Part shown: positions 52,756 to 64,000 of the stretch, in pieces
Layout: every line of letters begins with the position of its first letter
Numbering within the stretch: position 1 is the first letter of the stretch
Source of the DNA: Octopus sinensis
Lineage: Eukaryota
Direction: 5' to 3'
NCBI RefSeq assembly: GCF_006345805.1
Contig: NC_042998.1
Coordinates: 47,058,001-47,122,000 of the forward strand
Length of the DNA stretch: 64,000 nucleotides
Program-made: the position numbers and the translations under genes
Notes under the pieces: generated by a model
Databases searched by the model: none
What the model was told of the DNA's origin: nothing
The model's input: only the letters and a program-made list of their open reading frames with translations

Positions 52756-52786
<31 letters not shown>

Positions 52787-52860
52787 GCTGTTGTTGTTGT
52801 TTTTGTTGTTGTTGTTGTTGTCGTTGTTGTTATTGTTGTTATCATCATTATTATATATTT
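52090..52860. repeat. (TA)n, (TAGA)n/(CAGA)n and (ATT)n/(GTT)n microsatellites
   Basis: Seen directly. Confidence 0.95.
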
Positions 52861-53000
52861 TTAGTTTATGTTATTGATACATATCCTCAAAAGACGTCTT
52901 TGATAACGATAATATTAAATTGGGATTGCAGAAGATACTAAATGCTGGACATATTTATATGTGTGTGCAAGTATATATATATATGAATGTGTATATACGT

Positions 53001-53044
<44 letters not shown>

Positions 53045-53327
53045 AGTGAGTGTGTGTATGTGTATGTGTGTATGTATATATATATATATATATAAACAAA
53101 TATACGTGTTTATGTTCATAGCTATATAACATATGAATATGTGAATATGTAAGTATGTATACACACACACACAAGCACACATATGTATCTTTATTGATAT
53201 TTAATTACAATGTGTACGTATGCGTTTGCATGTTTACGGGAGAGATATTTTATACTGTATGTGTATATTATATATATATTATATATATATATATTATATA
53301 ATATATATATATATATATATATCATAA

Positions 53328-53925
53328 GTATCCGGACTGTTGCTGTAGTAACGAAGGCTAGAACGTGATGAAGCCGCTTGCCACAGATTGGCCATGAAAT
53401 CTGTTGTGCGTGCTCCTTAGGTTTTAACTGTCTAGCTCAATTCCGCTGTTTACTGCAGTGTTTGGAAGGAAGGTGTGTAGCGTGGGATTGTCGCATTGAT
53501 CATGAGAGAAAAAGTTGAGCGGAGAATCTGCATTGAATATTTGCCAAAATCTTGGTGATACCTGTTTAGGAGCCTACACAAAGTCTTCAAAACGTTTTCA
53601 TCGTCCTCGACACAATCAAGGAGATATTGTGCAACTGAAACCAGAGTGTGTTTCTAGTCATCTGAAGGCAGTTTTCGCACAAACTTGGCAGGCTCACGTC
53701 ACGGATGGCGATTCGACGATTTCCCCGTAGAACCGCTTGCGTATCTGCGATATTTTTTTCTCAATTCTGCTCGTTGCTGGTCTTCCTGACCGTTCGTCAA
53801 TATCAACAATTTTTGGCTAAGTTGGAAACGTCTGTGCAACTCGTACATTTGTGTACGACTCATAAACTCCTCTCCATACACTTTCTGCAACTTTGCGTAG
53901 GCCTCTGACCAGGTATCGCCATAGC
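53328..53925. mobile_element. Rearranged mariner remnant (plus-strand 5' piece joined to an inverted piece)
   Basis: Plus: MREKVERRICIE from 53502; minus: GDTWSEAYAKLQKVYGEEFMSRTQMYELHRRF from 53920. Confidence 0.8.
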
Positions 53926-53995
53926 AACTTACCCTGAGATGGCCTATGCGACGATAACACACTACCCACTTCCCTTCCATATATATATATGAATA

Positions 53996-55030
53996 CAGGG
54001 TGCGAGGGGTATTTGAGGACAGTTGGTATACAATAAAACAATTATATTTCAGCATAAATAAATATGTATTTGAATAAACGTTTACGCAATTAGTCTTGAT
54101 AACGATTTTTAAGGCAAATATTATTCTAAGAAACCGCCTTCAGCTTCGATGACAGCTTAAGTGCGGGACTGAAACCGCTGGCATGCTAACACTATATGGT
54201 CCTTATTTATTTCGGATATCACCTGGACAATGGCAGCCTTCAGTGAAGCTATTCCATTATGAGGATGACGATTAGTCTCCATTTCAACAGTGTTCCACGC
54301 GTAGTAGTCCATAGGATTCAAATCTGGCGAGTTTAGAGGCCACATATTGGGTGATACATAATCGTAAATATTGTCTGACAACTATTCTTGGGTGACTAGG
54401 GCTTTGTGAGAAGGAGGTGAGTGTTGTTGAGACACGTATGGTCTTTCATTGCATACGTCATCAATCCAGTACCTCGATGTATCCAGCAGCATTAATTCTA
54501 AGACCTTGTGGAAAAAAGTGGGGAGGGATCACATGATCTTCACTGCTCTCCTCTCCTAAAACTATGTTACTTGCTGGAAATTTCGTGCGCATCACTTTGG
54601 TTACTTCGGAAGGATCTGCACATAACTACATGTCATTTCTTCTGTTAATCTTTTGATCATGGTCCAAGGATTTGTCATCAGAGAAAAACCAAAGTATGTC
54701 TTGTTCATGAGGGTTTTTCACTTTGATAAGTAAACGTTTTGAACGGATGAGACAGTTGTCCTCTCTCCTTGCAGACACGAATTGGCCTTTTATCATTATA
54801 TAGGACTGGTGTCGAATGTCACGATGTACTACAGTTCTGATAGTCTATTCTAACACTCAAAGTTCTTTCGCAATGGACCTCATTGATCTTTTGGGGCTTT
54901 CATCGATAATGTTTTGAACAAGTTGTATAAATTCCAGTGTCCTTTTAGTGTCTGAGTGTTGTGACTGTATTTTTCTCTTAGATACAGGTGAAGTATAACA
55001 ATCACATGCCTCCAATTCCAACCGAAGTTT
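53996..55030 (-). mobile_element. Decayed maT/DD37D-type Tc1/mariner transposon
   Basis: WFFSDDKSLDHDQKINRRND; VMRTKFPAS; FFPQGLRINAAGY; PNMWPLNSPDLNPMDYYAW; right end ta|cagggtg. Confidence 0.85.
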
Positions 55031-55172
55031 GTGTACAAACGATCCCGTAACATTTATAAAGTTGCTAAATTCTAATTCACTGTGGTTTACATGTATAGCA
55101 ACTATGACTGCTGCATGTCTTTTTTCATTTCTTGATTTAGCATGATATGTATGTATTGTATGTATACATAGG

Positions 55173-55203
<31 letters not shown>

Positions 55204-55288
55204 TATATATATATTATATATATATAATGTATATAATATATATATAATATATATATAATAGTGGTTTTGTCTCAAATAATATTTTATA

Positions 55289-55337
<49 letters not shown>

Positions 55338-55482
55338 AACAAATTAGAGAATGGAGAAACATACTTAAATCAATAAAACATCAACTATCGATGATACCCA
55401 TCAATACTTTATACACATTACATATGAGTAAGGCATTATAATATACTATATACATATGTATAACATATTATATATATATAGA

Positions 55483-55529
<47 letters not shown>

Positions 55530-55713
55530 ATATGATTATACAATGTGTTCATCTATTCTAATTTAATTAAATTCTCTGTCTTTGTGCAGTGAAGATTGCC
55601 CTGCATTTTAAATTGATGTAATGATTGCATTAATCAATTAAATGGACTTGCATTAAACGATCGTACTGAATACCTCTCGAGATCCTTGTTGCTTAATTTG
55701 ATTATGTATATAT

Positions 55714-55813
55714 NNNNNNNNNNNNNNNNNNNNNNNNNNNNNNNNNNNNNNNNNNNNNNNNNNNNNNNNNNNNNNNNNNNNNNNNNNNNNNNNNNNNNNN
55801 NNNNNNNNNNNNN
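55714..55813. other. Assembly gap (100 N)
   Basis: Seen directly. Confidence 1.
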
Positions 55814-56384
55814 TATTAGTCCGTATAGATGTTTATAACTGTTTTCTTGCAGTAAATGCTAGATACGCAAACTAATTAAGAAAATTTCTTTGTAAACATA
55901 GAAAATCTGTATAAGATTTTACATAAAATGTGAACGTATGATTAACTTAAAAGGTATTAATTTACGGGAGGTACAAATTAGTACATTCTTATTAAATATA
56001 TTTATGAATTATATATAATGGATCCATAATAATTCTGTATGATATTTTCATATTAATTTTTTATTTTATTGTTTCATTATTTATATGTAGGAATGTAGGT
56101 ATATGTGTATGTGTGTGTATATTTATATATATATATTTACAATACACACCACACAAACACAACACACAAATATATATACACACATACACATACACTCATA
56201 TCAATATATGTATATGTATATGTATATATATACATATATATATATATATATTGTATATATATATTATATATTTGCATATACTTATATCTATATATATACT
56301 TGTGTATATATACATATATTTATATAGATTCATATACACCCACTTGATATATATATACTATATATATATATATATATATATACA

Positions 56385-56415
<31 letters not shown>

Positions 56416-56555
56416 CATATCTATATGTATGTATGTATATATATTTATACATATATATGTATGTATGTATTTATCTATCTATCTATATCAATATATATAT
56501 ATATATGCGCATATATATTTATATGTATATATTTATGTGTATATATACGCATATA

Positions 56556-56773
56556 CAGGGTGTCCATAAATTATCTTTAGTATTTACACAATTCAAAGAA
56601 TAAGATAAACGGTATCTCATTAGGTAGCATGCGACCACTGGAGCCCACTTGAAAGCGAGCTGATATTCCAAATAAAATTTATTAGCACGCCTTTGATTTC
56701 CAATAAGGTCTTCTGAATTCATCCTTTATTTTCTGAATTTTTTGCGTTGCAAAAGTAATTTATGGACATCCTG
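56556..56773. mobile_element. Tc1/mariner-type MITE
   Basis: ta|cagggtgtccataaatta .. taatttatggacatcctg|ta; TA TSD. Confidence 0.9.
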
Positions 56774-57303
56774 TATATCTATATAATATAGGTATATTTA
56801 CGTGTACACACACACACGCATATTTGCTTGTTTTATCTTCTCTTATAATAAAAACAATTTTTTCTAAACTATTACTCTATACTTTTCTATAGAATATCTG
56901 CACGTTTATTATTCAGTCTCGTGATTGCTTAGCAGAACGAAACATCGAGGCCTTACTATTTTTTATTAAAGAATATGTATATGTGTGTGTGTGTTTGTAT
57001 ATATATGTGTGCAAATATACAATTACATATATATATATATAATATTATATATATATATAATATTCTATATATATATATACATTTCATGCATAACATACAC
57101 GCACACGCACACACACACACACACACAACACACACACACACCATAATATATATGTTTAACTGCTCTTTCTAGTGAGTCGGATGTCCTATTATGGCCATTC
57201 CTTATAGTTTGAATATATAATATATATATATATATACACACAGACATACATATTTATATGTATGTAAATACATATACATACATATATATATAACAATACA
57301 TAC

Positions 57304-57342
<39 letters not shown>

Positions 57343-58945
57343 CATACACGAAAACACTTTAATACGTACATGTACTGATGTATGAGTTGATGTTTACTGC
57401 AGTTTTTTTTAATATTAATTTGTCACACGTCTCTTCAAAATTTCTACATCGGATTCAAAATATTTCAATCTCAATTCGAAATAACTTTTTATAATGAGAT
57501 AATAAATAGACTGACATTTATGACTATAATACATACAAAAAAATAACATACTGATCATATTGATCATATATTGAAGAATGTGGAGATGCATGAAACTGTT
57601 ATTCAATATATTTAACTCCAATCAAATGGGTGAAAAGCTACATCTCTTGTTTGTATATATAAATTTACAAATATCTTAAATTTACAAATATATATATATA
57701 TATATATATGTACATAATATATGTATATATATTTATAATATTATTATATATATATATATATATAATATATAATATATATATAACTTAGAATAACTAGAAA
57801 GGTTTTTGCCAGATTGGCCCAGGCCATGTCCTACTTAATTCCACCAAATGGCGAAAGTCTTCAGTTCAGGATTTGGCACCAAGGCCCATTCGAGCAGAGA
57901 TATTATTGTATATATAGACATATATATAATTATATATATAATATATATATATATAATATATATGATATATATATATATATTATATATATATATATATATA
58001 TAACATATATATATATATATGTATATATATATATGCATATATATAATGTGTATATATATACATATATAAACTTAGATAAACTTAGATATATTTCGACCAA
58101 AGATTGGTCCAGGCCATGTCTAACTTAATAGCACCATCTGATCGGATTATTCGAATCCTGTTTAAGTCAAGTTTTGTTCAAGTAGTGAGTTCTTGTTGGG
58201 TGAGTTGTATCCAATTATGGGTGGCTTATCTGGTATTCTTTGAATATATAATGTATATAATATATGCATATATATAATGTAGATATATATTATATATAAT
58301 ATATATATATATATATAATATATATAGATATATATATATATATAATATATATATATATATAATATGCCTATCTATATATTCGCATATATTATATATAATG
58401 CATTTATACACACACACACACACTCATACTAAACATATATGTATGAGGAGTTCTTTTCGGGTTTGATTATATACACTACAACATCTAACATGTGCGTGTG
58501 TGTTTTATCTTTGCGTGCTTATATATTTCTGTGTGTATTTGTGCGTGTCCTTTAAAAGACTTGGGTGAGAAAATATATGAAAATGCATTGTTGACTTCAC
58601 AGAATATTTATTACATCGCTCAGGTGCACACTACGCTGCTCTGATATTGTACATATGCAGATCTAGATTTGAATAATATAAATGTACATAAACGCACATG
58701 TTTATGTAACTCATTCACTTATATGCAACGCTTAAATACACAAACACTGCTTGTGTAAAATCACAGCCTCCACCACACGTCAAGCAAATAAATATATACA
58801 CACAAACACACAACCCCCTTCTCCACACACACATACACTCACCCATTCACTCACTTATGTGTACGTGCGTGTGGTGAGAGTGTGTGCGTGTGTATGTATA
58901 TATGTCATTGTATGCGTGTGTATATATGTTTGTATGTATTTCTAT

Positions 58946-59025
<80 letters not shown>

Positions 59026-59173
59026 GTGTGTGTGTGTATATTAATATATATATATAGAGAGAGATAGATAGATCGAGAGAGAGAGAGAGAAACATGTATA
59101 CAAAGATATATATATATGTATGTATTATACTATATGTATATATACATACATATATATATATAATATATATATA

Positions 59174-59216
<43 letters not shown>

Positions 59217-59235
59217 ATATGTATATATATAGGTA

Positions 59236-59278
<43 letters not shown>

Positions 59279-59989
59279 TATATATGTCTATGTAGTGTGT
59301 GTGCATAATTATTATTCTTAAACAATAATGTTATTGACAGTGACTTCGAAATTTCGGCCAGTTAAGTCATAAAACACTTCGTAAATGTTTGTAGATATAA
59401 TGAGACTATTTTGATCCACTATAAACAACATACGCACGTCAGCAAAGCTGAAAATATAACATAATTTATTTACGTTTCAATATACAATTCTTATACATAT
59501 ATACGTTTACTCTCCTACTAGAGACAATTCTTTGTCTATTGAACTTCTTAACAAGTTAGTATCGTTAGACATACGGTTTCGGACTTATCAGGGAGCTAAA
59601 TGGTACCATATTTTTAACAATGGAAATTACAAACTGTGGATTTGAACACGGACTGAAATTGCGTTAACTATTGAGTTTGCTTTGGGTAAACGGTCATTTT
59701 CTTATTTGCTTCATTGATATTAAAACGTTAATGAATTCCTACAAAGTTTATATAATTGTTAGAATCCACAATCTCTGATGAGCTTTTCATTCAGGCGCGT
59801 ATTCAAAACAGATTGAAAATTCCACCCCAAAGATTAATTTCTCCATTTATAATCAGGAAATACGCCAACCTCACTACATTGGTTGCGATATTTGCTCAAG
59901 AATATTGTTATTAAAGGAAACCAAAACTACTTTTCTCAAAATATGCATTTTTTCTAACAAAATAGGATCTATATTTCTTTATATAATGC

Positions 59990-60135
59990 AACGTCCCCGT
60001 CACTTAACGGTTCAGCAAGAGAGTCCGATAGAATAAGTACTGGGCTTACAAAGAATAAGTCCTGGGATCGATTTGCTCGACTAAAGGCGGTGCTCCAGCA
60101 CGGCCACAGTCAAATGACTGAAACAAAAGAATAAA
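59990..60135 (+). mobile_element. SINE family A tail
   Basis: cgtccccgtcacttaacggttc..tgactgaaacaaaag. Confidence 0.88.
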
Positions 60136-60775
60136 AGAAAGAAAAACAGTTTACTTTAAGATATGGATGAATTAAATTCATTTTTTACCTTCCCATACTT
60201 ATAAACACCACTAGCTATTTAACTCGCTTTGTGATCATGAGTGCACCAATCCACACGTGTGCGTATGCTTACATTTTTGCGGATGTTTGTCTGAGTGAGT
60301 GCGCACGTGCCATGCCACTTGCGAGAGGGCGTTTACACATCCATATCTGTTAACGGTTATTGCGTGTATGGCGCATTCGTTTAATTTTTGCATCTGTGAT
60401 TTTTTTCATTTTTGATCTTCTATATAAATGAAAATATTTCCTTCGTTTTGTTGCTTTTCTTTCTACGAAATGAGAAGATACATTGTAGAATTGTTATTTT
60501 AACGAGTTGTATCTATTTATCAATTCATAAGAATACATCTACACCGCTGTATGCTCCTGAACAAGTTGTTAAGTGTTCTACCCGTGAGGGATCGTTGCTA
60601 GATGTGTCGTGATTAATTATAAAAATTCTCGTATATTCCATCTTCCGTCTTTCATTTACCGTATACATAACTAGCACTGGACGTAACAGTGCTTTACCAG
60701 CAAGCTACCAGGTGTAAAGCATTCGATTTATTATACACACCACATATATACACATACTTATGAGTGTACATATTT

Positions 60776-60825
<50 letters not shown>

Positions 60826-60849
60826 TTGTATTATTTTTGTATTTATATT

Positions 60850-61075
60850 CGTGTAACATCGTCCGTTTTTACGTCCTTGTTTCGTATACATTCGAAGCTT
60901 TTTTTCCAAGGAATCTAATGCTCTTAGCTTAGTTTTTCTTTGGGGCTGGCCAGACTGGAGCAATCTCAAGATTAATCAGCCGAAATTGCGAGGATGATCC
61001 GGTTCTTGACTGAAAATTAAAGGCTTCGAATGACCCGTCCGTGTTTTTTGTATCGTCTATCTGGATGTTTTGCGT
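60850..61075 (+). mobile_element. Probable Penelope-like terminal-repeat remnant
   Basis: Homologous to the reverse complement of 3930-4130. Confidence 0.55.
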
Positions 61076-61277
61076 TCTTGTTTCGGATGCCGAGATGGAA
61101 ATCCACGCCGCCATCTCTTCAGTTATCCGGCCATCGGAAAAATACTATGAAAAATCCGAACTCGGAGTTTTATCATGGCTACCGAATAATTGTCACATAT
61201 TACATTTACAGATAAATTCCTCTATTTACATAATATCGAGGTCTCTTTCATTCTTTTGTTGTCTTACTATTTTATCA

Positions 61278-61372
<95 letters not shown>

Positions 61373-62636
61373 CATACATACACATACATACATACATACA
61401 TATAGATATACGTATATATTTATCCATTCCTAGATACAAGCATATATGGATGTATACACGTACCTTACTTATATACATACATGCATATATGTATACACTC
61501 ACACACACACAAACACACGTTCATATACAAGAAAATATAAAAACAGACTAATAACACATTGACTGAAATATTCTATTGGCTGGTTTTCAGCAAGAATGTA
61601 ACTATTGAAGAAACAAAATAAAATATTCTGTATTCCGTATCTGTTGTGTTTTCTTTCCTTTCACGAGCTGTCCATAAACGTCTGCATATATGTCAATCTG
61701 GCATCGGAAAGAGCATTAAATGTAGTTTTGTTATACCAGTTCAATCCAATGTGTAAATTATATGGGTGGCCGTTTGGGATTCTATCTAAATACCACCAGG
61801 GTATCTGAGTTGGAAATGTTGGGGCTTTATCCATTTGCAATAGTAAACATCGTCTACCCTGTGTGTCATAAAAAAAAAAAATGTTTTGTAAAGTACTCCA
61901 CCCAGTAGAAGCGAAAAATTTGGAGGGTTGTTGGGTTGAAAAAAAAATGACAAAGAAAGACTACATGAAAAATATTATAATATAAATAAAATAAAATAAC
62001 GCATATCCAGTAGTTATCGAAACTTAGTTGTTGAGAAACATAGACAAAATCTATTTATCAGGACCACAGTATAGTAAGACGTAACAATCTGAGATTTCTG
62101 ATCGCAAACAAAGACGTATAAATTTCAACTGTTCCCCACCAACCCACAAATAAAAAAAATGCAAGCTAAACGACACAAAAACAACTATGAAATCATTATA
62201 ATTGTAAACAAGTAATGACGAGTAACACTAATATTGGACAAAGTATGATTAGTTTCCATTGGTATCAGATAAAAAAAAAAAACGTTATACGCTATGTGTT
62301 GAAGCTGTCGCATATTTTCTTCCTGATTCTTTTCCTTGTTTAAATAATCCTGCCAAAGCTTTAAAATATTTACTAGAAACTGATAATTTGTATATTTAAA
62401 ATATTTGATATCAGTGCAAAGTCGGTCGTAGGGGGTTGCATGAATAAAGTGCTGGACCGTTCGCTGAAAAGTTCAGCAAAGGAACTAGATCTTTATAGAA
62501 ACCCCTTTTCGTTCGCAACACTTCATTCGTTTCCACCATTTCATCACCCTCTCATATACATACATATATATATATGAGTGTGCGTGTATGTGAGTGTGTT
62601 TGTGTATACATAACATCATCAACAACAACAACAACA

Positions 62637-62697
<61 letters not shown>

Positions 62698-62934
62698 TTT
62701 CAAAAGTATAAGATTAATATCCCTGGTAAAATCCGTAATCAAGAAACTAGCGATGGATCTCTATCGGCAACTACTCCAAGAAGATTTTCTTTAAACTTTC
62801 ACAAAACTGAATCGCTAAAACGTACAGCGAATGTAACGATTCTTTCCCTTGCTTTTATTATGAGAATGAAGGGAAGAGAGAGAGGGGGAAAGAGAGAAAA
62901 ACAGAGAAAGAGATAGATACAAGCCGATACAGCT

Positions 62935-63095
62935 TGGCACATGTGACATCGCAAACCATTTCTACAGTTCAGTGAACTGGAGGAGGCTACATGAAATAAA
63001 GTGTCTTGCTCAGGAACACAACACTCTGCCCGGTCCAGGTATCGAACTCGCAACTTCACGATTGTAGGCCTGAAGATCTACCCACTGAGCCACAT
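62935..63095 (-). mobile_element. SINE family C head fragment
   Basis: tgaaataaagtgtcttgctcaggaacacaac..ggtatcgaactc. Confidence 0.75.
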
Positions 63096-63199
63096 ACATA
63101 CATACATACATACATACATACATACATACATACATACATACATACATACATAAGTACATTCATACATACATACATAAGTACATTCATACATACATACAT

Positions 63200-63605
63200 A
63201 GGCGCAGGAGTAGCTGTGTGGTAAGTGACTTGCTTACCAACGAAATGGTTGTGGGTTCAGTCCCACTGCGTGGTACCTTGGGCAAGTGTCTTCTACTATA
63301 GCCTCGGGCCGACCAAAGCCTTGTGACTGGATTTGGTAGACGGAGTCTGAAAGAAGCCCGTCGTGTATATATGTATATGTATATATATAAATATGTGTGT
63401 TTGACCCCCCCCCCCAACATAGCTTGAGAACCGATGCTGGTGTGTTTAAGTCACCGTCACTTAGCGGTTCGGCAAAAAAGACCGATAGAATAAGTAGTAG
63501 GCTTACAAAGAATTCGTCCTGGGGTCGATTTGCTCGACAAAGGCGGTGCTCCAGCATGGCTGCAGCCAAATGACTGAAACAAATAAAAGAGAGTAAAAAA
63601 GAGAG
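63200..63605 (+). mobile_element. SINE family A, full length
   Basis: aggcgcaggagtagctgtgtggtaag to tgactgaaacaaataaaagagag. Confidence 0.92.
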
Positions 63606-64000
63606 TAAAGAGACATACATATATACATACATTCATACTTATATACACCCCCATATATGTGTATATATACACACACAGCCGCACATTCACACATATACAC
63701 ACACACACACATTCACACATATACATGCATAAAAACATGCATACATGTAGACATGCACAAGCATACATAATGACAAAAGTTTTCTCTCCACATCCTTAAC
63801 ATGTTTTCTTAAATTCTGTTTTAGGAAGCAGCGGTAAATATTTTCGTTTTCCTTTCAATTATTGCAAAAATTGTTTAAAATACAAAACTGATTCTTCGGA
63901 CAAGTTAAATCATATTTTCATTCATACTTTTTAGTTGCTGCTCCCGTTTGATGATTATAATTAAGCAGTTGTTGACATTATCTTTAATGAGTTTCATTTT

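Noticed and set aside
59775-59812. CUGAUGA-GCUU..AGGC-G[insert]AAACAG hammerhead remnant
   Set aside because: An insertion disrupts GAAA and there is no NUH/stem I

Overview
AT-rich, microsatellite-dense animal genomic DNA. The repeat families and the (TA)n/(TG)n/(TAGA)n landscape suggest a coleoid cephalopod, probably Octopus (inference from recalled repeat families, not verified). No host protein-coding gene can be supported; most supplied ORFs are microsatellite translations. The window is a mosaic of three tRNA-derived SINE families (local labels A, B, C; roughly 35 copies), decayed Tc1/mariner transposases, MITEs, two non-autonomous Helitrons, R4/Dong and RTE LINE fragments and Penelope-like (PLE) terminal-repeat remnants, with a 100-N gap at 55714-55813. 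The most interesting signals are structural RNA motifs: (1) a complete type I hammerhead ribozyme fold on the minus strand at 20485-20686 whose stem II loop holds about 140 nt of mostly triplet microsatellite, embedded in a 775-bp foldback whose other arm carries a core-damaged twin; (2) a minimal hammerhead at 42189-42223 with a decayed copy at 30651-30685; (3) several long inverted repeats, including a near-perfect 56-bp hairpin at 40869-41005, that could form dsRNA if transcribed. Repeat boundaries were read by eye and are approximate unless TIRs or TSDs are given.
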